From Styela clava (taxonomy: Eukaryota): 64,000 nucleotides of DNA. Of this stretch, positions 1 to 12,116 are shown one piece after another. Numbering within the stretch: the first letter of the stretch is position 1; each line of letters starts with the position of its first letter. Below the pieces are notes generated by a model. That model was not told where the DNA came from and did no database searches. It saw only the letters and a program-made list of their open reading frames with translations. The position numbers and the translations under genes were made by a program. The stretch spans positions 6,448,001 through 6,512,000 of the forward strand of contig NC_135261.1 of the NCBI RefSeq assembly GCF_964204865.1, written 5' to 3'.

Positions 1-93
1 GATCAAAGATGTGCTTGTATGCACAATTATCTGGAATATCAAATAGCAGATGTGCTTTGTATTTACAAATATTTCTACCTCTGTGAGAAGTAA
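1..93 (+). CDS. Collectin-like gene c0: 3' end of last (CRD) exon only, truncated by window edge
   Basis: Frame 1 reads DQRCACMHNYLEYQIADVLCIYKYFYLCEK-TAA, matching the C-terminus of the nine other copies. It is followed by the A-type 3' flank. Confidence 0.85.
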   Translation, partial: DQRCACMHNYLEYQIADVLCIYKYFYLCEK

Positions 94-2488
94 TTGAAAA
101 TTTCCCTTGTTGCTTTCGATCAATGGGATTAATTTTAACAAAAGAAGAAACAATATTTATAGTAACTCTGCTAAAATATTACCACGACTTGTCATTGTTC
201 AAAAATTGAGTAACTAGTATTTTTATTCACTAAACTCTGCTTTCGACTTTTTTGTGAATCTATATATTCATTGTAAACTCGTTCTTTATCAAAAATCTTT
301 TTAAATATAAAATTATGTATTCTAAGTTTGATCATATCAAATGATATTAATTGTTGAGCTTAATTAGTGCGTTTTTCTGGACTTATAGAATTTTTCGATG
401 AATGATAATAAACGGAATCATTATACACTTGTGAATATTAAAAACGGAGATTTGCACAGTTTTGGAGTAATAGTCAAAAATAGAAAAAGTTAATATCACT
501 ATCTGAGGCACTAATGGAGATGAGGTGAAGTTGAGCGAGTTGAATATTTTTTCCACTATTTTTTGAATGCGACTAAGTTCATCATATCCTCAAACTCATA
601 GCTAAACCTCGGCATGTTATCTTTGATGTTGAAAGTTTCTATTTTTTGAAAAACTTCAAACAGAGATCTAACCTAAAGGCCATTGCGCTAAACTTTTAAT
701 GTACCAAATCTCACCCTCAAAAACGAGATGAAATTGAAAAAAAAAATGTTAATAAAGAAATAAAGGGCTATGCGTTAACAAATGATAGGCCACCATAGTA
801 GGGGCGATTTAAACAGTATCCCGTGTTATAAATATCACCATGTAAGAAATTAACCTCTCACCTCCAATTCCACTTTATTATTCACCATTTGATTATATTC
901 ACACTAAACCATGGGGTGATGAGGTACTGATTGTCAAAGAATGAATAAGCCGAAGCTTTCACAATTCGTGTTAATAGTACAAAATACTCTCGACACAGCA
1001 GTATCACCACCAAATACTATCGATTGACCTTGTGGTTTAGTACTCTGATCTTCATGTAGATTATTTTCATTACGATATTGATGTTTAATTCATTGTGTCA
1101 CCTCGCCAACCTTCTATGAGATTACTTCACTATACCATAGTCGTGTGTAGTTTTATACAATTTACAGATCTCTGAGGATAGGGTTATCACAATTGAACCT
1201 TGTTATTTTCAAGCTATCGAACATAGGGCTCGATATTTTGACAGTACCTTTTCAGAAGAGTCTCTAATGGAGTTTATATACATTAGACGCGCAATTCGAA
1301 ATATACGTGCCCACTGAATTAGGATTTGGTACGCACGGCCCCCATCGATCATTTTTATAAAACCACTAGCGTAATCATGCACCACAATTCAAAAACCACC
1401 TTTCCCTTTGCGACGGTCGTGATGCAATGGGAATAGGATACTGGTACCATACCATAAGACGTAGAATGAGGCGCACTGCCAATAAATTGCTTTGATTGGT
1501 CTTATATTCATACAGAAGGCGTAGATAAGATAAGATGATATAATGTATTGTTAATTTTTTTAAATTATGCTTGATACTTTACATTGGCTATCGTCTCCTA
1601 GTGTTTTTTTAACAAAATGCAAGCAATCCTTTTTGTTGTAGAATATAGATTATAGATGTAATGATTATATTCTTAATAATGCATAGCGAAGCAGATAAAC
1701 CGCTTTATACGCGGCGAAGTCTTACTAATACGTAGTTAGACAACTGATGATTATATGATCCCAAACGTCATTTAAATGGTCTCCTCATTAGACGACTTCT
1801 TGGGATGCCGTTTAGAAAATAAATTTGGGGTTTATAATGCTACGCGAGACGTGTGTTGCAAACCAAGTGTAACGTTTTGTGCAAAAACTCGTTTTTCTTA
1901 TGAATTCAAAAGGTTTTACCCCACGTAAGCGTCTTAGATAATGAATTGAATTTGAAAGCAATTTGCTTAACATTACTTACATATCATTCCACTGTTTAAA
2001 ATAAACAGGTCTACAATGAATATTATCTTTGAATAATAAATACTATATCATCATTCTTGAATTCACTGCTGCTTGGATAAAGTAATACGACTAGTATTTA
2101 ATATTTGTTCCCTACAGGCATTATTCAGGTACAACAGATCAATTAATGCAAAAAGGTGTCTTCATTTTTAAGGTTAAAATGGTACCGTATTTCAAATTTA
2201 GACAAATTCATTTAACTAACAGTATATTTTAATATTTGACCGTTTAAAAAGAAATATTTAGAACAAGAGTACCTAATGATTAAATATGGGAAAAATGGGA
2301 ATAAATTTTTGAACCGGTAAATTCTGGAACATGAATTTAAAAGAAAAAAGAAAACTTGAAAGAAAAAAATAAGAGTTGGGCCCCTGTGAATATTGAGAGC
2401 TTGGACTTTAGTCTGAGTTGTAGATAAGCTGCAGACTAGAATTTCTGATTATTGTTGCAACCTTTTAAAGTTGAAGAAAGAAAAGAGA

Positions 2489-5400
2489 TTACTTCTCACA
2501 AAGGTAGAATCGATTTAAAAAACAACGGGTATCTATCAACATATATTGCAGAGGCTCGAACATGCAAGCACAACGTTCATTTTGGCGATCTGGTTCTCCT
2601 TCACTCCATGGTGTATTAGAAGTAGTTGATGAAACTCCGTCCGACCATTTCCAGTTGTCTTGTTTCTCAAGATCGTCAAGTCCTATCCAAATCGAAGTTC
2701 CTGTTCTTCTGATGAACTTGTCGAGAAGATCGCTTAAAATATAATTATGTTTTGAACGTGATGAAGTTTCATTTAAGCCATTATTAATTGAATTATAAAA
2801 AGTTGGAAAAATGTAAAATACTAAACATTAAGCTCATTGCGTTTTCTATTTAAATTGGGCTACTGGGCTTTTAATAAAATAAAACACAGTATTTTTTAAT
2901 GAAAGGTAAAGTTGGTCATTATGTATTCGATACCACTTTATAGCTCTAAATATTACGATCACAATTTTTGATTAAACGAAAATTTTACAATTCCAGAGCC
3001 CAGAAATTAGTTCAGGCCAAGATTACACATTCCGGCTTCAAGATAATTAGACTTCCGGTGTTATTTGTTGTGAAAACAGTTTCAATATTTGTCGCAACCA
3101 ATTATTTTCAGTTTTTAAATACTTCAAGATAGGGAATAATATTACGAGGCGATTATTTTTTAAAAGTCTTCCGAGGCATACGGGATTCGATATTCTTATA
3201 TACTTCGATATAGAATGACTATCGTCTTCCAATGGAAATGTATGATCATCAAAGTGTTTCTGATGTGTTAAAATATTTGTTGATCAAAACACATTTAAAA
3301 CCTTAATTAGTGTTCTCCAACCGTTTCGACCGTGTATGTATCATTTCCGAAAAATAAAAATATTGGGGGCGGACATCGAAATTAAATATTTCTTTTATTT
3401 TAAATTTTTTATTACACCATTTATAAATATCATTCGCGCTTCTATTTTGCGATGTTTTAAGAAACAGAACAAGAAACACGTTCTGTCATACACGTAACAC
3501 CCTCTCCACGATGCAGGAAAATTAATTCAATTATTTTTATACTTAATGTTTTTTCTCGTTAACAAATCTTCTTGTCTGCGTTTATTTTAGTTGGAAAAGA
3601 AAATCGGCTCAAAACAGGGTCCTGAACATACTGGTAAGCAAAGCACTAATGGAGACTGATGTCTGTTCGTCTCTAGATGACACCACACTTTGTTTTTTTT
3701 AAGGAGTTGTTAGTTAAGACCTCTGAGCACTTTACACAACCCAGGTTATCGAATGTTCATGTACTTATAGTGGCACAAGAATTCAATTAAAAGTACTTGA
3801 ATAAGCTAGTGTTATGACAATATAACATCAGCGCACTCAAGGAAAACCAAATGCCACGAAACAAACGGTTTTGCATAAATGGTTTTGGAAACCATTGCAA
3901 ATATAATTAATCTTTATAAAAAATGATGAATCTAGTAAATACGTCTCCCATGGCCCTTTCAGAACTGAGACACTGCTCTAAACGAAAATTACCTATGAAT
4001 AACTGGGTTCCGTATACCCTTCGCTGCTAATCGGCCACCCAACAATTCACAATTTTTTCTGGCTGTTTGATAGTCTGTCGATACTTTGAATAATTTGTAC
4101 CAATATGGGTAACTGTGAACACGATACCAACCATCTGCTACTGGTTGTAAGGCTCGAGCTAAAATTAAAATAAAAACAAATATAGAAACCATATAAAAAA
4201 GCTTTTTAATTGATAAAAGCAGAATTAATCTGAAAATAGCCAAAGCTCCATATGGACGTTCAGATCAAGAATGCGATTTGCAAATTCTCAGTTTTTGACC
4301 ATATCTAACGAATCCGATACAATCAGGTAAAGCAGTGGTTCTCAACCGCCGGTCCGCGGACCGGTGGCGGTCCGCAACAACCTTGCTGCCGGTCCGCCAA
4401 ATATATTCCAATATCAATATATTATGAGTAAATTGCAAAATACAAAGTATTGATGGCATGTCTATTAGTTTTGTGATTTTTTTATTCTTTTTGGATCGTA
4501 GTACCGACATTGGTCTAACAACTAAACTTGGTAAGAAGTCCTCCGCCCATTTTGAACCCTGAAAGGCCTAAGTCTATGATTTCATAACGGGCTAACGTCA
4601 TAACGGAAGAGTCTAATAGCACATAGTACGGCAGCGCTTCACAACCAGTGATCCGCGAACTCGTTGCTAAATTATTCGTATTTTTCTATATTTTGTGTTA
4701 GAATTGAAATTAATTCGACTTTTCAGTAGGACAGCAATGGTATTCTCGTGAGAATCCCAATCAATTTTATCAATTTAGGCGCTCGAGCGTGGCTATCGGA
4801 TTCGTCTGTTGTCAAGTTTGCCAAAAAGCGGGAAAATGTATAAATTATTTTATGGCATCATTACAATTACAGCTTCACGTGATTTCGACGTAATGGAAAT
4901 AAATGCGTAAATAGGAAAGCTTTGCAAGGCAATGCCCATAGCGCAACCGTGCAAAATTGTCGCAACAATATGCGGCGCACGCTCGTACAGAAGATAACAA
5001 ACAATCAAAGTTCTATTTCATCGTCATTAATATACGTGAAAAGGCGCAGAAAATCGCTTGAAGATTTCAATCGAGAACGAAACACCCAGCTGACAGCAAA
5101 AAATTGCTATCATTTGCAATTATTCAAAAATTTGCCGAAAAAGTATATATTAAAATATTCGATTTGTTTTGGGCAACCCTGCCTCGACTTATTTTAGCCC
5201 TTGAAACAAAAATGTTAATAAAGGTGGTCCGCGAAGTAAAACTTTCCGTGAGAGTGGGGTGCGACATAAAAAAAGGTTTGAGAAGCGCTGTAGTACGGTA
5301 TATGATTGAGAACTTCGCAGTTCGCACGTTCCGTAATTTGACAGTCGTAATTGCATTCTTTTGATGAATTTTTGTGTTTTTGGTTAATTTTGAAGGTCCG

Positions 5401-6581
5401 CCGGTCCGCAAAATTTGTTTGGAAATTTCACCGGTCTGCGAACTAAAAAAGGTTGAGAACCACTGAGGTAAAGTGAGGTTTTCAAATAAAACAATGTAAT
5501 GAAGTGAAATAAATAAATTTGCAATAGTAACCTTTTTGTTCGAGGATTTGAACTGTGCGTGTCAAGTCATCATATCGTGAGCAATTACATGGTGTTCCGC
5601 TTTCTCCTTTAGCTCCCTGACGTCCCGTGGTGCCATTTTGTCCTGGCCGCCCGACATCGCCTTTTGCACCTTCTGGGCCTTTCTTGCCTGGTCGACATGT
5701 TGTTTGACATTGAGAATCGTTTGGAACTAAAGAATAAATATTTGAGTTTACAAAAACCTTACACGTGAGAGTTGCATTTAGTAGAGTTGTATTTGTATTT
5801 CTAAATTATTGCTTACATTGACTTTCTTGTATTCATGAAATTATCATTTCCAATAAATTATTTATTACAAGTCTGTAATTATTTAAAAATAATACACTAT
5901 TTTACCATTTCTTGCTGTTTCGCGCGCTTTTTCCATGATTAGAGATGCCATGTCCCAGGTGTCTAAAACTGAAAATATATACTCTCTTAAAACTCAATGA
6001 TCTGAAATCGGTCCTATTGAAAATTGTAATACCGGAATTATCATTTTATATAAAAAAAAAAACTGTTTTTAGACCCCAGGCAGGGGCTTAGCCAGGGGTT
6101 GATTTTGAGGGTCGTACCCCTCCCTCCCATACACCCACCCCCATTTGGAATGTAAAAAAAAAAAGCAGCTTTCTATATTATACATAGAAAATATTCGTAG
6201 CTTGTAACGATTTTTGGACCCTAAGACTCATGAAAACACACGTTTTCCGGCCAAGTTGCAATCTAACTTAGCAAATAGAAATTTTGCGAACAGATATATT
6301 GTACTGAACTCACATGACGTTGGCGAACACTTCTTATTTTTCTCTCTCTCAATTTCTCCCAGTTTCTGTTCCAGCATTTGGATTCTGATGTCGTATTGAT
6401 CGATTTTTGTTGAAGTTACATTTTCAATTTTACTAGATAGGCTCACGTTGTTATCAGAATTTCCCGAGCCAGGTTCGATCTCTGGACTCGTTGTGACAAA
6501 GCTAATATTGCTTCGATGTTCTTCAGCGCAACATTCAATTACGCATAGGAACGTAAGAGTGAAGAATGCTAACAAACTCAT
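2489..6581 (-). CDS. Collectin-like protein c1 (signal peptide, coiled coil, 11 GXY, C-type lectin; EPD motif)
   Basis: GT-AG exons 6581-6314, 5968-5906, 5726-5532, 4158-3993 and 2732-2489 splice in frame (phases 1,1,1,2). Starts MSLLAFFTLTFLCVIECCA; collagen GKKGPEGAKGDVGRPGQNGTTGRQGAKGESGTP; WIGLDD; ends GEPDRQNERCACMFEPLQYMLIDTRCFLNRFYLCEK. Confidence 0.9.
4333..5465. mobile_element. Non-autonomous hAT (Charlie-like) element in c1 intron 3
   Basis: TIR CAGTGGTTCTCAACC...GGTTGAGAACCACTG; perfect 8-bp TSD AGGTAAAG; absent from paralogous introns. Confidence 0.85.
4632..5290. mobile_element. hAT MITE nested in the 4333-5465 element
   Basis: TIR CAGCGCTTC...GAAGCGCTG; perfect 8-bp TSD TAGTACGG. 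Confidence 0.8.
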
Positions 6582-9453
6582 TTTGTAGTGAGAACCAGCA
6601 CAAGAGTATCGATTTAGGATAATGAAGGTATGACTTAGGTACCAACGCTTTATATATAGTGCTTCAATTTTTTTGGCAACAATTGCTTTTTTTGTCAATT
6701 GCCGGGCAGCGCAATAACCTCGCGGTTAAAGTCTTAAGATGCAAATGGCATCGCAGATTACACAAATCCCATGCGCCCTGCCCCACTCAGGGGGTAATTA
6801 ATTGAGTAAGCACTGCTGAAACCAAAAATTTCAGGTCATTCCAAATAAATAGTAGCTACTCAAAAATCATTAGAAGTCAGTGGTTGCTTTTACATGGCCT
6901 TGTTTTGAGTGAAAGGCGCAAGTAAGCGTCGTACTTAAAGAAAATCACATTTCTTGTTTCTTTATTTTAACAGAGAATGGCCCAGATTGGTGAGAGTGTT
7001 TAATTTTGTAATATTTTTGCAACGTTAGTTAATTGTGAAATCATACATATTGTTTTTCTTTATTTTCAACAGCCATTATTTGATCCTGTCTTTGCATTTA
7101 TAAAATTTTACTCGCTGCCACATACCCATTCAAATTTCCCCCCTTATAATAAGCCCATACTCATTTTGTATCCGTGTTCGATACAAAAAATATTTTGACT
7201 GTAAAATAATAGTTCTTATACCGCGCCACCTATACATTTGATTTGATTTTCTCTAATTTGATAGGGTAATTCGGGTCAAGAGTCGGTGTCCTGTTTCAAA
7301 CAACATTAAGCGTCGCATTAAAATAAATCCAGCTTTCTTGGTTCCTATTTCCGCAAAATGATCGGGAATCGTTAGAGTACTTTTTTTTATTTATTTCAAC
7401 CGTATTACCCCATGGCGCAATCACCCATATGTAATCGTATGAGCCCATAGCCCATTACGTAAACAATATATTTTTAATTGTTTTCATTTATATTTTCAAG
7501 CGTGTAATTCAAATGTATATTTAAACATTCAATGCGTAGTCAAAAAGTAACCATGATTGAGAGAATTTTTAAAAACTTTTGGGTCAACTTTTTGTGGAAT
7601 TCTGCTTAGAATAAGCAGATACTCAATTGACATCCATGTTTGATACGAGAAAATAATTGAAGTAAATGACAAATAGTTATTGACCCCGCTATCCTTATGT
7701 TTGAATTGAATCAAATAATTCAATCGGGGTTAGGTATCGGTGACATCCTCAACGTTGCATTTGTCACATATTCGCATATAAGGTCGAGGAGGTAACGCAA
7801 AGTATCAAATCTCAATATCATATTGAAAAAAAGAATCGACATGAATATCAGTGTTTTAAACCACATAGTCAACCATAGGTCAGTCGATTGTATTCGATGG
7901 TGAAACGAGTGCCAAAAGTATTTTGTACTATTAACATTAATTGTAAAAGGTTATGCATAGTCGTTTTAGACAATCGTTCATCTCATCATCCTATAGTTTT
8001 GTGTGGACATGAATGTAATGAAACAGTGAATAATACAGTGGATCTGGAGGTGGGGGGTTTAATAATGTACTGATTGTAAAAGTTTGAATATGCCAAAGCT
8101 TTTGAAATTAATGGTAACAGTACAAAATAATCTTGACACAGATTTCAACATTAAATACAATCGATTGACCTGTGGTTGACCATGTGGTTTAGTAAAATGA
8201 TCTTCGTGTCGATTCTTTTCATTAAAATATTGGAGCTTGATACTTTGTGTCACCTGGTCAACTTTATATTAGAATATGTGACAAATGCAACATTTAGGAT
8301 GTCCCCAATTTATAACCCCGGTTGAATTATTTGACTCAATTCAAAGGTAAGTTTGGCGGGTTCAAACTTAAATTTTTGTCCTTTACCTCGTTTATTTCTC
8401 GTATCAAACAGAAATGTTAAGTAAGTTTATACTTATTCCAAGTGGAATTCCACCCGAACATTACTAAAATTTCTCAACAACTCAAAGGGTTACTTCTTGA
8501 TTACGCATTGATTGTTTTTATATAGACCCCCTTAAATATAAAGAAAAATATTAAAAAAATATATTATTTGAGTAATGGGCTCTTGCCTATCACATATCTT
8601 GTGTGTAGGTGTAATAACGTTAAAAAAAGTACTTCCACCGATTTTCAATCTATCTGGGGAAAATTATAAAAAAGGAGGAAGCTGAAATTTTTCATAATGC
8701 GACGCTCAAAGTTGTTTTCAGCATGTCACAGACTCTTGAACCTCATAAAACAATCAGAGGAAATCACTCTAATTAGAGGAAATAAAATCGAATGTATAAC
8801 GACGTGGTATGAAAATATTTTTTATTTGTCCAAATATTTTCTGTATCAAACAGGAATATAAAATAAGTATCGACTTATTATAGGGGAAAATGTGAAACTG
8901 GAATAGGTATGCGGCATCGAGTAAAATTTTATGAATGCAAAAACAGGCACAAATATTGGCTACTGAAAAGAGAATATAGTTACAAATGTATGATTTCACA
9001 ATTAACTAACGTTGCAAAAATATACGAACTTAAACACTCTCATGATTCTGGGTCATTCTCTATTAAATAAAATAAAAACGAGAAATGTGATTTTCATTAA
9101 ATACAACGCTTACTCGCGCCTTTCACTCAAACAAGGCCATGCATAAGCAACCACTGACATCTAATGATATTTGAGTAGCTACTATTTATTTGGAATGACC
9201 TGAACCTTTTGGGCTCGCCACTGCCTACTCAATTTATTACCCCCTGAAAGGGGCAGGGCGCATGGGATTTGTGTAATCTGCGATGCCATTTGCATCTTAA
9301 GACTTTAACCGCGAGGTTATTGCGCCGCCCAGCAATTGACAAAAAAGGCAATGGTTGCCAAAAAAAAATGGAGAACCATATAAAAAGCGTTGGTACCTTA
9401 GTTATACCTCCATTATCGTAAATCGATACTCTTGTGCTGGTTCTCACTACAAT
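6582..9453. promoter_or_regulatory. Divergent intergenic region c1/c2: imperfect palindrome, putative bidirectional promoter
   Basis: The left half is the reverse complement of the right half (e.g. 7700-7790 vs 8270-8345) around a ~90-bp unique spacer at ~7977-8064. A TATA-like motif lies ~75 bp upstream of each ATG. Confidence 0.7.
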
Positions 9454-11728
9454 ATGAGTTTGTTAGCATCCTTCATTCTTACGTTCTTATGCGTAGTTGG
9501 ATATTGCGCTCAAGAACATCGAAGTAATATTAGCATTATGACAATGGGTCGAGAGATCGAACCTGGCTCGGGAAATTCTGATAACAACGTAAGCCTATCT
9601 AGTGAAATTGAAAATGTAACTTCAACGAAAATTGATCAGTACGATAGCTTGACCAAAAGAATCAAATCGCTGGAGCAGAAAGAAATTGAGAGAGAAAAAG
9701 TAAAGAGCTGCTCGCCAATGCCATGTGAGTTCAAGAAAAAAATATCCTTTGTTTTTGTAGATGTTTCTTATTTCCCAAAATTGAAGATTAAAATATAGAA
9801 TCGCAGTATAGATTCACGTCTTATTACTATGCAAATGAGGTTACGAACCCATCAAATAAAGCTTTTTTAGTTAATTGTCAAACTGCATTGAGCTAAAAAT
9901 ATTGGTATGATATTGATCGCGATATTTCGTTATTGCAATTTTTAATTTTGGGGCAGTTTTTTTTGCTTATCGGGTTTTATGAAAATCAATTTTCATTTTT
10001 TTTCAGTTGTCAACATCTGTGATATGGCATCGTTAATTACAAAAAAACTCGAGAAGAAGCAACAGACGGTGAAACTTTTTTTTTTAAATAATTACTTGTA
10101 TGACTTGCAGTAGAGAGTGGGTGTTTTTCTTATCATTGGCCACATATAAAGTTTTCTATAATTTATCATTTAAACTTTCTGATGCAAATTTTGAAAGTGT
10201 TTTGCAAAATAGGCGCTAAAACTTTCTTACGTTTAGATTCAAAATATTTAATAATCTGCTGTGCAAAAGCATTGAATGTTAATTTAATTCATTCGCCTTT
10301 TCGTGACATAATCGGCATAAGAATCCCATAAGTACAACAAATCGAGTTGTTTGGTCTTTTTTTTTATTTCATTCTCCAAATCTTTTAATTAACGTGACAT
10401 TAAAGAGACATAAAAAAAAATTATAAAAAAAATTCAGCATATTAATTTCATCTATATATGCATTTTTAAGCTTTTTTCCAAATTAAAATATTTATCGTTT
10501 TTAGTTCCAAACGATTCTCAATGTCAAACAACATGTCGACCAGGCAAGAAAGGCCCTGAAGGTGCAAAAGGTGATATCGGATCACCAGGACAAAATGGTG
10601 CCACGGGACGTCAGGGAGCTAAAGGAGAAAGTGGAACACCATGTAATTGTTCACGATATGATGAGTTGGCACACAAAGTTCAAATCCTCGAAAAAGGTTA
10701 CTATCTCAAACTCATACCCTTATTATACTTTGTTACATTGTTTCATTCAAAAACCTTACGTTAATTGATTGTGTCTCAAGTGTTGCATATGAAAAAAATG
10801 AGGATTTGCGGTTATCTCTATGGATCTAAACTTCGAAATAAAGCTTTGGCTTTTTAGATGAATTCCTCTTTTAAGTAATTATAAAGTTTTTTTTAAATAG
10901 TTCTATATTTGTTCTTATTTTAGTTTTAGCTCGAGAATTACAACTGCTAGCGGATGGTTGGTATCGTGTTCACAGTTACCCATATTGGTACAAATTGGCC
11001 AATGTATCGTCGGACTATCAAACAGCCAGAAAAAACTGCGAACTCATGGGTGGCCGATTAGCAGCAAAGGGTATTCGCAACCCAACTATTCGCAGGTAAT
11101 TAAACATTGTGTATTACAATGATTACAATTATTTAAACAGCGAAAACACTTTGACGATCGCATATATTCCATGGGAAAGCTGGTATGATTTCCTCGTAAG
11201 GGGTTTGAAAGTTATGTAGTTCTATACTGCCTCCAACTTAAAGTGATACTGCCTCCAACTTAAAGTGATAAAAATTTCAAATCGATTAATCTAAAAGTTG
11301 CGCAAAAGCGATTTTTTACAACAAAAACTGTTAAATACACTATATTTGATTTTAAATTTCCCTTAAGTCAAATTAACGATTGAATACCTCAATTTTTTAT
11401 GTGAGTGTTCCAAATCTAATTTGTATTTTTTAAAATATATGACATTGTTGGTTCAAATTGAAGACAAAATATTATTATTTTCAGCGATCTTCTCGACAAG
11501 TTCATCAGAAGAACAGGAACTCCGATTTGGATAGGACTTGACGATCTTGAGGAACAAGATAACTGGAAATGGTCGGACGGGGTTTCATCAACTTCTTCTA
11601 ATACACCATGGGGCAGTACCGAACCAAATAATCCAACTGAAAGATGCGCTTGCATGTACCAGCATCGGCAATATCAGTTAGCAGATTTTGGTTGTGATTA
11701 CAAACACTTCTACCTTTGTGAGAAGTAA
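9454..11728 (+). CDS. Collectin-like protein c2 (EPN motif); exon 2 is 1 bp short in an A7 run
   Basis: Exons 9454-9724, 10007-10068 (62 bp vs 63 in all others), 10505-10696, 10930-11095, 11485-11728. Ends TEPNNPTERCACMYQHRQYQLADFGCDYKHFYLCEK. Confidence 0.8.
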
Positions 11729-12006
11729 TTGAAATATTCCCTTTTTCTTACTTTTAATTAATGGAAATAATATCAACAAAACAAGAAACAATATTTATAG
11801 TCACTTTGCTAAAATATAGCTACGACTATTCGATATTTGAGTAAATTAAATTTTTATTCACAAAATTTTGCTTTCAACTTTTTCTTTGATCTATAAATTC
11901 ATTGTAAACTTGATTATTATCAACAACCTTTTCAATATAAAATCATGTATTCTGAGTATCGATCATAATAAATTGATTTTAATTGTTGAGTTCAAGTAGT
12001 GCGTTT

Positions 12007-12116
12007 GGAGCTCCAGAAGTATGTGCACTAAGATGGCGCACAACCTGAACTTAGTATGTGTACCAGAATAGGGTTCAGGTTTTGTGCCATCTTTGTGCAC
12101 ATACTTCGGGAGCGCC
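12007..12116. mobile_element. Short MITE of a GG..CC-ended, Merlin-like family
   Basis: Inverted ends GGAGCTCCAGAAGTATGTG / CACATACTTCGGGAGCGCC; 8-bp TSD GTGCGTTT, single-copy in the paralogous flank at ~367. Confidence 0.6.

Noticed and set aside
2562-2744. Repeated ORFs MQAQRSF../MQAH.. (also 11416, 17450, 24673, 62084)
   Set aside because: Antisense shadows of the CRD exon.
6582-6698. N-terminal extensions in the ORF track (MTKKA.., MPKKNG..)
   Set aside because: They begin at TTG/GTG codons and run through the TATA-like box. The ATG in ACAA(A/T)ATG directly precedes the signal peptide.
7888-8253. Conserved small ORFs at promoter centres (MYSMVKR.., MTQSIKL..)
   Set aside because: Non-ATG starts, no recognisable domain, and conservation simply reflects recent duplication of the region.
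11224-11270. 22-bp tandem duplication in c2 intron 4
   Set aside because: Isolated local slippage with no sign of function.
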